NCBI GenBank assembly: GCA_963740355.1
Contig: CAVUDW010000002.1
Coordinates: 736,001-800,000 of the forward strand
Direction of reading: 5' to 3'
DNA length: 64,000 nucleotides
DNA from: an uncultured Gemmatimonadaceae bacterium
GTDB lineage: Bacteria > Gemmatimonadota > Gemmatimonadetes > Gemmatimonadales > Gemmatimonadaceae
In this document: positions 9,596 to 19,528 of the stretch, piece after piece
Numbering within the stretch: position 1 is the first letter of the stretch
Layout of the letters: each line of letters starts with the position of its first letter
The notes under the pieces: model-generated
Told to the model about the DNA's origin: nothing
Databases searched by the model: none
What the model saw: the letters and a program-made list of their open reading frames with translations, nothing else
Translations under genes and position numbers: made by a program

Positions 9596-12202
9596 TTAGC
9601 TGTTGCCTTCGTTGTTGCCGTTCGTCGTGCGATTCGCTGTCAGGGAATCAGCGGCAGCGGTCTTGGAGCGTTCGCTGGAAGTGAGGATGGCATTGTAGAC
9701 GAGCTTGAACGTGCCCCAGCTCTGGCCGCGATACTGAGGACGGAAGCCGAACATCACCACGCGACCGGCGCCGACGGTGATGTCGACCGCGGCGGCCTTG
9801 CCGGCAATCGCTTCGCCGCCGGCCAGGTAGCCGCTCATGAGGATGTTGCCGACGTCGGTCGGATAGCGCAGCGGCACCTCGACGCGGGCATCCTGGGCCA
9901 CGTCGAAGGCGGTCGAATTGGTGAAGTACACCGGCACCGTGTCGGGCATGCCCATCGTGAGGCGGCCCGGCGAGGCGATCGTGCGCAGGATCGAACCCGG
10001 TGCCACGATGTTGGCGCCTGCCGGTGCGCCGGTGGAATCGTCACGCGCGCGCCCGTCGCGCGCCGGGGCACGGGACTGCGGCGAGATACGTCGAACCGGC
10101 AGGCCCGGCACGGCTTCGAGCGCTACTTCGCTGCCCTTGTCGAACGTCATCAGCACGCCGCCGGCCGCCACGAATTCACCGATCGCCTTCAACCCTTCGG
10201 CGCCAAGCCCACCGGCGTATTCCGCTGGTGCCGACCGCGCGGCGAGGCCGTCCTTCGCCTCGCGCAACGAGATATCGGCGATGATCAGCACGTCGAACGC
10301 GGCGCGCAGGTTGCCCGCCTTGAGCAGGCTGTCGGTCACGTTCTTGTACGGTACGCCCTGCTGGTCGAACAACCACCGCGTCCAGCCTTCATCCATGCTG
10401 GCCGTCCACGGCTTGTAGAGCGCCACACGCGTAGGCTTGAGCTTGGTGCGCTCGCCAGTCGCCGACGGCAGCGTCGCCGCACCGCACCAACCGCCGTCGG
10501 GTGAGAAGCCGCGCGCGAATGAACCCGGTACGGTCACCGACGATGTTTCGCGGCTGCGCGACATGTCGACTCGTACCCCTTTCTGCAGCGCGGCGAAGGC
10601 CGTCGGGAAAGCCCGCGAGTCGCGCAGGTCGAGCGTGACGTTGCCGCTCCCCGAGAGCCCACACTTCGCGGCACCAGGCGCGGCCGCCGTGGCCGGCTGC
10701 GCACTCTTCTCGAGGCGCACCGTGACGCCCATCTGGTAGGGCAGTGTCCATCCTGCAACGTCGTACGGCCGATCACCGGCGCTCGCCGGCCACTTCTGTT
10801 CCTCGAACAGGTCGCGCACGTGAGCCGCGTACGGCTGGTCGAGCGGCACGATCCAGGAGCCACCCGAGACGCGAACCGCTTCGTCATTACCGGTCACTTC
10901 GACACCGCCACGCCGCAGCACCTGCACCAGCGCATAGGCGGCGGCAGGGTCATGCTGCTTCGACTCGATCACGTACTGCTGGCCAACGCCGTTCGCGACC
11001 TGGGTCCGGGCGACCTGCACCATCGATCGCACGATGTCGCCGCGCATCTCGGACGCCATCTGCACCAGTGAAATCGCGGCGATCTGCTCGTAGTCCATGA
11101 TGTCGCGCAGGCGCCAGGTGCCGCCCTTCCATGGACTCGGGTAATTCACACGCGGTTCGTTCTTGAGGCCGCGCGGATTGGCGGTGACCTCCGCCGGCGT
11201 GAGCGTGATCGGCGTCGCGATTCTCACGCTGGCCGCTTCCGTCAACAGGCCGATCATGTTGTGGCGCGTGGGAGTGGAGCGCGCACCACCGTTCCACCAG
11301 AGATCGTAGGTGATGCCATCACCTACGCCGGTCTTGCCCGCCTGCTGCAACGCCCACGACATCCGCTGCCCGACGAGGTTGATCCCGCGAACGATGCGAA
11401 CATCGACGTTCTGGTTGATCGGGTCGATGTGTGGTGGCACCGTCAGGCGCATTCCGTTGCTGCCCTGCTGGTGCACGTCGTAGAACACCTGCGGGAAGTA
11501 CTTCCCGTAGAGCGCCGAGCTGATGTTGCGGCTCTCCTTCTGCGTCACCATGTACCAGTCACGATTGTTGTCGTGACCCACGTACTCGTGGTACAGCCAC
11601 GGCATCGGGCCACCTTCGTACGGCGTGCCGAGTCCCTTCTTGTACCAGTCCACCACCATCTGCATGCCATCGGGGTTTGCCGAGGGCACCAGTGCGATCA
11701 CCACGTTCTTCATCGACCGCTGCAAGCTGTCGGTGGTGGCGAGCGCGTAGGCGAACTCCATCGCCATCTGGCTCGAGCCGATTTCGCTGCTGTGGAGGTT
11801 GCAGTTGATCCAGAGCACCACCGGCTGCGTGGCGACCAGCGAGTCCTCGGCAGCGGCGCTCAGCGTGCGCGGATCGGAGAGGCGGCGTTCCGCGGCGAGG
11901 ATCGCATCGAGTCGCCGAATGTTCTCCGGGGTCGAGATCGCGGCCACGATCATCGGCCGCCCCTGCGTCGTGGTTCCGATCGTGTCGATCTTGACGCTGG
12001 GGGAGCGCTGCGCGAGAGTGCCAAAGTACCGAAGGATCTGCGGCCAGTCGGCCAGCGTGCGATCGGCACCAACCGGGATTCCGAGCACGTCGCTCGGCGT
12101 AGGAATCGCGCCTTGGGCTGTGGCGCGCGAGAGGGGCGCCGCGAGCAGGAGCGCGGGGCAGAGCAGGCGGAGTACGCCGGCGAGCGGGCGACCAGAAGTC
12201 AT
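9596..12202 (-). CDS. Secreted M14-family zinc carboxypeptidase with C-terminal glutamine-amidotransferase-like domain
   Basis: Signal peptide from ATG 12202; zinc motif NLHSSE, NPDG, DNNRD, YDVHQQG; C-terminal SMDEGWTRW and FGFRPQYRGQ. Confidence 0.9.
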   Translation of the reverse strand: MTSGRPLAGVLRLLCPALLLAAPLSRATAQGAIPTPSDVLGIPVGADRTLADWPQILRYFGTLAQRSPSVKIDTIGTTTQGRPMIVAAISTPENIRRLDAILAAERRLSDPRTLSAAAEDSLVATQPVVLWINCNLHSSEIGSSQMAMEFAYALATTDSLQRSMKNVVIALVPSANPDGMQMVVDWYKKGLGTPYEGGPMPWLYHEYVGHDNNRDWYMVTQKESRNISSALYGKYFPQVFYDVHQQGSNGMRLTVPPHIDPINQNVDVRIVRGINLVGQRMSWALQQAGKTGVGDGITYDLWWNGGARSTPTRHNMIGLLTEAASVRIATPITLTPAEVTANPRGLKNEPRVNYPSPWKGGTWRLRDIMDYEQIAAISLVQMASEMRGDIVRSMVQVARTQVANGVGQQYVIESKQHDPAAAYALVQVLRRGGVEVTGNDEAVRVSGGSWIVPLDQPYAAHVRDLFEEQKWPASAGDRPYDVAGWTLPYQMGVTVRLEKSAQPATAAAPGAAKCGLSGSGNVTLDLRDSRAFPTAFAALQKGVRVDMSRSRETSSVTVPGSFARGFSPDGGWCGAATLPSATGERTKLKPTRVALYKPWTASMDEGWTRWLFDQQGVPYKNVTDSLLKAGNLRAAFDVLIIADISLREAKDGLAARSAPAEYAGGLGAEGLKAIGEFVAAGGVLMTFDKGSEVALEAVPGLPVRRISPQSRAPARDGRARDDSTGAPAGANIVAPGSILRTIASPGRLTMGMPDTVPVYFTNSTAFDVAQDARVEVPLRYPTDVGNILMSGYLAGGEAIAGKAAAVDITVGAGRVVMFGFRPQYRGQSWGTFKLVYNAILTSSERSKTAAADSLTANRTTNGNNEGNS

Positions 12203-12272
12203 GGGAGTGCGTGACACGGTGAGAGAAACACGGCCGTCGTGCGACGGTCGAACGCTACCCCGGGAGTCGGTC

Positions 12273-12655
12273 ATGTCACATCCTGCCCGCGACAACAGCC
12301 CGTTGCCGCCACCCATGCCGCCGAAGGAATTACGCCTCCGGACCAACGTCCACGGGACGGTTTTCGCTGCCCGCACGCTGGTGATCGAGCGGCTGCAGGC
12401 GGGGGAGCCGCTGCTGCTGGTGCCCGACCCGCCGCAGCCAGATGAGCCCTATGCAGTGTGGGTCCACGTGGCCGGCGGCGACGTGCTCGGGCCACCTCCC
12501 GGTGCAGATCGCGGCCTGGCTGGCGCCGTGGATGCTCGCTGGGGGACGGTGTCGCGCCACGGTCACGCGACGTCGGCCCAGCGGATGCGCCGAGCTGGAG
12601 CCGCATCGAGATCGAGCTCGAACGCTCGCTGCCGACGCTCGACCGCAGCTCCTGA
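12273..12655 (+). CDS. Stand-alone HIRAN-domain protein (two apparent frameshifts ~12490, ~12568)
   Basis: Joined frames: RTNVHGTVF...LQAGEPLLLVPDP...PYAVWVHVAGGDVLG/HLPVQIAAWLAPWMLAGGRCRATV/...WSRIEIELE; GGGAG RBS; span 383 = 381+2. Confidence 0.65.
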
Positions 12656-12781
12656 CATGAGCGAAGGGCCTCGAAGCGCAGTGCTGCGCTCCAAGGCCCT
12701 CCAGTTTCGTGCAGCACGCATTCGCCTGTTCAGCGCCACGCCAGCGGCCGTTACCCGCCGTGGCAGCCGCCGGCCGTTGCC

Positions 12782-13496
12782 CTACCGACGCGTGGCTGGC
12801 TTCTTGGCGGCTGGTGCGGCCGACTTGGTGGCGCCGCCACCGAGGCCAATGGCGAGACCGGCGCGCACCACCACGTTCTGGCCGGTGCCTGACGTCCCGC
12901 TGAACGTGCCGGCGTCGCTGCCGCCGACCTTCGCTGTCACGTCACCGAAGCGGATCACGCCGACCGTGGCACCGAGGTCGAGGTTCACCCGCGGCGGAGA
13001 GCTTGGTCAGCACACCGCCACCGACGTTCCCCTGAAATCCGCTGGCACTGATCTCGAGGTTCGCGCGCTGTTGCACGGCGAGGGACACGTCCGCGTTGCT
13101 GCGTGCGACACGAGCCTGACCCACTTCGCCGAGGTCGGCCGACTGCCGCAGGTAGGCCAGCCGTGCCGACATGTACGGCGCGAACTTCGCGCTGCCGATG
13201 TCGAACACTCGGCGCGGTTCGAAGAAGACACCGGAGAGTGCGACGTTGAAGCCATTCGCGTCCTTCAGTGCATGTGATGAATACTGGTAGCCAACGCCAT
13301 ACGACCAGAGGCTCGGGGTGACGCGCACCTGCACTTCGCCACCGGCACCGTTGTCGAGACCATCGTACGCGCTGCCGAAGACACCGACATAGAGTCCCGA
13401 CGCCTGGATCGACCAGCGTTGTGCCGACTGGGCAGCGAGTGGCGTGGTGAAACACGCAGCGGCGACGAGAGCCGTGAGTGTGAAGCTGTGACGCAT
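12782..13496 (-). CDS. Outer-membrane beta-barrel protein (one apparent frameshift ~12996)
   Basis: GAGGT RBS, signal peptide ending LAAQ, amphipathic beta-strands (WSYGVGYQY, FAPYMSARLAY); continues as PRVNLDLGATVG...VVVRAGLAIGL after removing one base. Confidence 0.75.
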
Positions 13497-13786
13497 GGGA
13501 AATACCTCGCGGAGGGAAACGGGGCGCCCAGAGTGGCGCGGCGACTCGCGTGGCATGATGCCTCGCATTCCTTCACGCGCAGTTGTCGACCGTTTCGGCT
13601 CATCGATGTGTGGCGAGCGGCAATTCGAGGCGGCGGTGCACGGGCATCGTGATGACCGTTCGCCCCTGCGCCACAAGGATTTTCCGGATGATGAGCCGTT
13701 TTTCCGCGGATCTGCGCGTGAGTGGATGAGCGGGACAGATCGCCCGTTCGAGACGCCCCCCAGCATCCACGCACTCCGAGGTCATC

Positions 13787-15549
13787 ATGGAGAAACTGCT
13801 TCTCCGCCATCTGAAGGGATCCAAGGCCGGCGAGACCGAGACCTTTGCCCTCAGCGCGTATCCCGATCTGCTCATCGGTCGTGATCCTGCGTCCGCCGTC
13901 CGTTTCGATCCCGCGCAGGATGACCTCGTCGGTCGTCAGCATGCCCGCATCACGCGCGACGGTCCTGACGCCACCACGTTCACGCTGTCGGATCTCGATA
14001 GCCGGAACGGCACCTTCCTCAACAAGCAGCGCGTCAGTGGCAAGGTCGTGATCCGCCCTGGCGACATCGTGCAGCTCGGCGCCGGCGGACCGGAGTTCGA
14101 GTTCGATGTCGACCCGCGTCCGGCGCCCGATGTGAAGGCCACGCGCCTCGGCATCGTGCCGTCGGCCAGCAGCGCCGATGCGACGCGCATGTCGGTCGCG
14201 GCCAACGCCACGGCACCATCCAAGGCACCCTCCACCACACCGGCGTCGTCTGGCCCAGTTCCGGGCAGCATCGGCAAGGCGACGGTGGAGCGCATGATCA
14301 CCGAGACGCAGAAGAAGTCGCAGTCGATGAACTACCTGATGGGTGGTGCCGTCGCACTCGTGGCGGTCGCCGGTATCGGCTGGGCGATGACGCGGCCGAA
14401 GCCGATCGATCAGGGGAGCGTCGTCGCCAGCGCCGTTGGCGCGGCGACCGCGGCTGCGGCGAAGGACGACAGTGTGCGTCGTGCTGCGGAAGCTAAGGGT
14501 GCAGCCGTCTCCGCACCCGAGATCGCTGCCAGGTACGGCCCGGCGGTGGTGCAGATCTACTTCAGCTGGAAGCTCGAATACAGCGGGCAGCCGGTGTTCC
14601 ATCGCTACATCGAGAACGCCTACAAGGCCAAGAGCGGGAAGGTGATGCAGATCATCCCTGGTGGGCCGCAGTACATCCCGACGTACATCGCCGTCAACGA
14701 AAACCAGATCGAACCGGCACTCACGCTGGCGCAGGGCCAGGGTCGTCCGATCGGTGTCACTGGCAGTGGTTCAGGCTTCGTGGTGTCGTCCGATGGTTTC
14801 ATCCTCACCAATCGCCACGTCGGCGCGAACTGGATGGCGCCGTATTCCTTCCAGCAGTCCGACATGGGCGTGCTGATCGGAAACCAGGGCGGCATCATGG
14901 TGAAGGATGACGGTACGCCGGCGATCACCGATCCACCGGTGGGCTGGATTCCGTCAGAATCCAAGCAGGCGGGCCCGAAAGGCATCATCGGCTCGTTCGC
15001 CGGTCGCCACGAATACCTGAAGGTCGGCTTCCAGAACAACGTGAACTACATCGATGCCGGCCCGGTCACGACCTCGCCGCGCGCCGATGTGGCGCTGCTC
15101 TCGGTGAAGGTGCCGAAGCCGCTCACGGCCCTGACACTGAACGACAACTACACCTCGGTGCGCCAGGGCGAAGGGGTCACGGTGATGGGGTATCCCGGTG
15201 TCTCGGATGTGACCTACGCGGTGGTGAAGTCGAATGACACGTTCAACCAGGAAAACCAGGCGCGCGTGGTTCCCGAGGTCACGCTGACCACGGGCACGAT
15301 TGCCAAGGTGACCAAGGCCGGCGACGAGAATGCCACCGGCCCGATGAAGTTCTACACGCCGAGTGGTGACCGTTTCCAGCTCAACATCAATACGACGGGG
15401 CCGGCAACAGCGGCGGACCGCTGTTCGATCCGCAGGGTCGCGTGATCGGCATCTTCTTCGCCGGTCGATCGGCCGACGTGTCGGTGTCGTTCGCCGTCCC
15501 GATCAAGTACGGCATGGAACTGATGAACGTCGGCCCAACCGCGCGCTGA
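13787..15549 (+). CDS. FHA domain - TM - trypsin-like serine protease (one apparent base deletion ~15400)
   Basis: FHA motifs IGRD, VGRQHARI, DLDSRNGTFLN; TM; protease GSGFVVSSDGFILTNRHV, ADVALL; restoring one base yields GNSGGPLFD...VIGI...FAVPI to stop at 15549. Confidence 0.88.
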
Positions 15550-15563
15550 CGGAGAGACGGCAC

Positions 15564-17711
15564 ATGTCCACCGGCACCCCGACCAGGACCGCGATCGGTC
15601 CGTACAGAATCACCGGCTTTCTGGGTGCCGGTGGCATGGGCATGGTGTGGCGCGCCAGCCACCGGGACCTCGGTCGCGACGTCGCGATCAAGCGTCTCTC
15701 GGAATCGGCCAGCGAAGGCATCCCGCTGGAGCGCTTCCGCAACGAGGCGCGGCTGCACGGCACGTTGAACCACCCGCGCATCGCACAGCTCTACGACTTC
15801 ATCGAGGATGACGGTGCGCCGTGCATCGTGATGGAGTACGTCGCCGGCCCCACGATCGAGGAGCAGCTGCGCAGCGGGCCGATTCCGCTGCACACTGCCA
15901 TCACGATCCTCGAGATGGTGGCGGACGCCGTCGGGTACCTGCACCAGCGCGGCATCATTCACCGCGACATCAAGCCGTCGAACGTGAAGCTGCGGCCCGA
16001 CGGCTCGCCGGTGCTGCTCGACTTCGGCATCGCGCGCGCCGATGGCGATCCGCGCCTGACACGGACGGGCATGATCATCGGCTCGCCGCACACCATCGCA
16101 CCAGAACAGTTCGAGGGTCGCCCGCTGGACGCACGTGCCGACATCTGGGCCTTGGGCGTACTGTTCTACGAGATGGTCACCGGTCGACCGCCGTTCACCG
16201 GCGAGTCGGTGGCTGCACTCGCGAGTGTCATCCTGCACACGACACCGGTGGCCCCGAGCCATCGGCTGAAGACGCTGCCGCCGCGGGTCGATGCGCTGGT
16301 GGCGCATTGCCTCGAGCGCGACGTCTCGCGTCGCTTCCAGACGACCAGCGAATTGATCGATGCGCTGCGTGAACTGCGGCGCGTGACCCCTCTCACGGGT
16401 GAATCGCCGGCGGTGACCGGCTTCGCAACCGTTTCCAAGGCACGGCGGGCGCTGCTCGGCGCTGCGGGCCTGCTGCTCGTCGCAGTTGGCGCCTACGCGA
16501 TGAATCGCCAGGATGGCGATGTCGTTCTGCCCGCGAACGACACGACGCATGTGGCACCGATCTCACCTGTCGTGCCGCCAGGCCCAGTCGCACCCGTTCC
16601 CGGGATGCTCACCACGCGCATCAGCATCGTCGATGGCACCGCGGATGTGTTGATCGACGGAAAGCAGGTCGGTACGACGCCGTACGTTCACTCCGCGCCG
16701 GCCGGAACCAGCGTCACTCTCACGTTGCGCCGCGCCGGCTTCCACGATGAAACGGTCACCTTCATCGTCAGCGACAACCAACGGGAGTACACCCTCGTGA
16801 TGCAGCGAGACGCATCCGCGCCCGTCAGCCCGGCGCTGCTCGGTTTCTTTGGCTGGTTTCGTCGCCGTCGGCCCCAGCCAACCCCTGTTGCAGCCGCCGC
16901 CGCAGCCGGCGTGACCGGCGAACGTGTCGCCGCCGCGCCGCTGCGTTTCCGTGCCGCAGCGCAGACTGATGTGGGCTGCGTTCGCGATGGCAACGAAGAT
17001 GCCGTGCGCGTTGTCGACCTGCCCGACGGCGCGATCGTCGCCACGCTCTGCGACGGGATGGGCGGGCACGCGGCGGGGGAGGTGGCATCTGACCTGGCCG
17101 TGCGTACGATCATCGAGCACGCGGCTGAACTCGATTCGTCCGAGGCCCTCGTCACCGTCGTCGATGCCGCCAATCGCCGGATCCGGAAAGCCATGGCGCG
17201 TGATCGTGCCTTGCACGGCATGGGTACCACCTGCGTCGTGCTGCGTCTGCATGGGCAGTACGCGCTCTGCGCCCACGTCGGTGACAGCCGTGCGTATCTG
17301 GTTCGGGATGGCGGGATCTATCGGCTCACGGAGGATCATTCCCACGTGCGCGACCTGGTGCGTGACGGCACCCTCGCCGATCAGGATGCGCGTCATCATC
17401 CCGACAAGAATGTGATCCTCCGCGCCTTGGGGCCGGCCGAGCATGTGGAGGCCACGACCTGGACGGCACCGCTTCAGCTCCGGTCAGGGGACCGCTTCCT
17501 GCTTTCGTCCGATGGTCTCCACGATCTCGCCGACGATCAGGATTTCCTGCCGGCGCTCGCGCATGTCGATCCGGAGCGCGCGTGTGCCGACCTGATCGCC
17601 CTCGCCCGTGATCGCGGCGCACCCGACAACGTCACCGTCTGTATCGTTGACGTGCTCCCGACCACCACCGCCAATGTCCCTGAAACACGCGTGATCGAGG
17701 TTCCGGCATGA
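15564..17711 (+). CDS. Ser/Thr protein kinase - TM - PEGA - PP2C phosphatase fusion
   Basis: Kinase LGAGGMGMV, VAIK, HRDIKPSN, DFGIA, APE; TM; PEGA (VLIDGKQVGTTP); PP2C TDVGCVRDGNED, LCDGMGGHAAGEVAS, HVGDSRAY, LTEDHS, LSSDGL, DNVT. Confidence 0.9.
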   Translation: MSTGTPTRTAIGPYRITGFLGAGGMGMVWRASHRDLGRDVAIKRLSESASEGIPLERFRNEARLHGTLNHPRIAQLYDFIEDDGAPCIVMEYVAGPTIEEQLRSGPIPLHTAITILEMVADAVGYLHQRGIIHRDIKPSNVKLRPDGSPVLLDFGIARADGDPRLTRTGMIIGSPHTIAPEQFEGRPLDARADIWALGVLFYEMVTGRPPFTGESVAALASVILHTTPVAPSHRLKTLPPRVDALVAHCLERDVSRRFQTTSELIDALRELRRVTPLTGESPAVTGFATVSKARRALLGAAGLLLVAVGAYAMNRQDGDVVLPANDTTHVAPISPVVPPGPVAPVPGMLTTRISIVDGTADVLIDGKQVGTTPYVHSAPAGTSVTLTLRRAGFHDETVTFIVSDNQREYTLVMQRDASAPVSPALLGFFGWFRRRRPQPTPVAAAAAAGVTGERVAAAPLRFRAAAQTDVGCVRDGNEDAVRVVDLPDGAIVATLCDGMGGHAAGEVASDLAVRTIIEHAAELDSSEALVTVVDAANRRIRKAMARDRALHGMGTTCVVLRLHGQYALCAHVGDSRAYLVRDGGIYRLTEDHSHVRDLVRDGTLADQDARHHPDKNVILRALGPAEHVEATTWTAPLQLRSGDRFLLSSDGLHDLADDQDFLPALAHVDPERACADLIALARDRGAPDNVTVCIVDVLPTTTANVPETRVIEVPA

Positions 17712-19372
17712 TTGGCAGCCAACTCGGCAACTATCGCGTTATCTCGCGGCTCGGTGAAGGCGGCATGGGCACGGTGTATCGTGCCACCGACACCATGCTG
17801 GACCGCGATGTCGCACTGAAGGTGCTGCGTCCCGAACTGGCGCGGCAGGCGGCGCTCGTCGAACGCTTCCGCGCCGAAGCGGTGGCCCTGGCCCGGCTGC
17901 GCCACGAGCACATCGCGGCCTTGTACGGGCTCGACCGGCAGGGCGACGAACTGGTGATGGTGATGGAGTACGTGAGTGGGGAGACGCTCGAATCGCGCCT
18001 TGCTCGCCAGGGCCCGATGAACTGGCACGAGGCGATTCCGATCATGCGCGGTGTATTGGCTGCGCTCGGCCACGCCCACGTGCGCGGCGTGGTGCATCGC
18101 GACATCAAGCCGGCCAACGTGATGATCGACAGCGATGGTACGGTGAAGGTGATGGACTTCGGCATCGCACGCCTGATGGGGGAAAACCGTCAGACGCGTG
18201 CGGGTGTCGCCATCGGTACGCCGAGCTACATGGCGCCGGAACAGCTGCGCGGCGAGGATGTTGACGGCCGTACCGACCTCTACGCCGCCGGCGCGCTGCT
18301 GTTCGAGTTGCTCACCGGCCGGGTCGCGTTCGAAGCCGACAGCGACTACTCGCTGATGATGCAGCAGTTGAACGAGCCACCCGCTGCACCAAGCACCATC
18401 ACGCCCGGGGTGCCGCGCGCGCTGGACGCCGCCGTCTCGCGGGCGATGGCGAAGCGGCCGACGCAGCGCTTTGCCACGGCCACCGATTTTTCCCGCGCGC
18501 TCGACGAGATCACGCCCGACACCTTCTCGGTCGAGCCGATCCGTGACGCCGCAGTTGCGGTGGTCTCGAAGGCGCCGCGCGACTGGCGCGTGTACGTGAT
18601 TGCCGCCTGTGTGATGGTGGCCGCCGGTCTCGGTGTGGCAGCAATGCGCGCTGACCCGACGAATACCACCGGCACGGTCGCCTCCAGCAGCGACTCGGCG
18701 CATGTCGCGGACTCCATTGCTGCGGCTGCGCTGGCGGTGCGGTCGACGCAATCCGGCGAACCGTCGCGCGAGCCTGTCTCGCAGATCGCATCGGCTGGTG
18801 GCGCGGGCCTTCGCGAAGTGGTCGATCCCACTACCGTGGCGCCGTCATCACCCTCCCCATCACGCACGCCGTCCTCGCCGACACCAGCGCCCACACGTCA
18901 ACAGACCCCCGTGCGCACACCAGTGACGACGACACCAGCGTCGCCGTCCTCGCCAGTGCGCACCCCGGAAGTGACGCAACCGGTGGTGACGGCCACGAAG
19001 GAAGCGGAGCCTGTGCGCGAGTCAGACGCCGGCGGCAGTGCGACTCGGCGCGTGCAGGAACTCGCCGAGCGGTGTGCCGCCAGCATTTCGTCGAACAATG
19101 CCAGCGCCGCAGGCAGGCTGCTGCGCGGTGACACCGACGGCCTGATGTCCGCCATTGCCGACGGTCGCATCACGAGTGCCTCGGCGGGAAGCGTGAGTGT
19201 CGATGCGGGTGACGGCCGTGCGGAAGGGCGATTCACTGTGCGCATCGCATTCCGGACCGCGTTCGGCGGCAACAAGACGGCGACAGCCCGGCTGACGGCC
19301 GAGGTGTCGCGCTCCAACGACGGCTGGCATGCCATCGGCTGTCCAGTGGAGAGCAGCGGCGGTGTGAAGTAG
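17708..19372 (+). CDS. Transmembrane Ser/Thr protein kinase with C-terminal extracytoplasmic domain
   Basis: LGEGGMGTV, VALK, HRDIKPAN, DFGIA, GTPSYMAPEQ; TM; Pro/Ser/Thr linker; ATGA overlap with upstream gene. Confidence 0.93.
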   Translation: MIGSQLGNYRVISRLGEGGMGTVYRATDTMLDRDVALKVLRPELARQAALVERFRAEAVALARLRHEHIAALYGLDRQGDELVMVMEYVSGETLESRLARQGPMNWHEAIPIMRGVLAALGHAHVRGVVHRDIKPANVMIDSDGTVKVMDFGIARLMGENRQTRAGVAIGTPSYMAPEQLRGEDVDGRTDLYAAGALLFELLTGRVAFEADSDYSLMMQQLNEPPAAPSTITPGVPRALDAAVSRAMAKRPTQRFATATDFSRALDEITPDTFSVEPIRDAAVAVVSKAPRDWRVYVIAACVMVAAGLGVAAMRADPTNTTGTVASSSDSAHVADSIAAAALAVRSTQSGEPSREPVSQIASAGGAGLREVVDPTTVAPSSPSPSRTPSSPTPAPTRQQTPVRTPVTTTPASPSSPVRTPEVTQPVVTATKEAEPVRESDAGGSATRRVQELAERCAASISSNNASAAGRLLRGDTDGLMSAIADGRITSASAGSVSVDAGDGRAEGRFTVRIAFRTAFGGNKTATARLTAEVSRSNDGWHAIGCPVESSGGVK

Positions 19373-19528
19373 GTGCCAAGTCGGTGTGAATCCCCTTCCT
19401 GACAGGTACGTATATTCAGGACACACCGCGCCACTTGTCGCACTCGCCGGTCCGATTTTTCTTCGGGCAGCGATCCGGGTGGCTCGATCCCGCAGATTTT
19501 CGTCCGACACCGACCAACGATCTCGACC

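Noticed and set aside
11799..13277. 492-aa ORF as a single gene
   Set aside because: Chimera of antisense sequence plus the first HIRAN fragment.
3632..15549. Programmed frameshifting or true pseudogenes
   Set aside because: No slippery heptamers or nonsense decay at the sites; spatial clustering fits sequencing error better. Unproven without reads.
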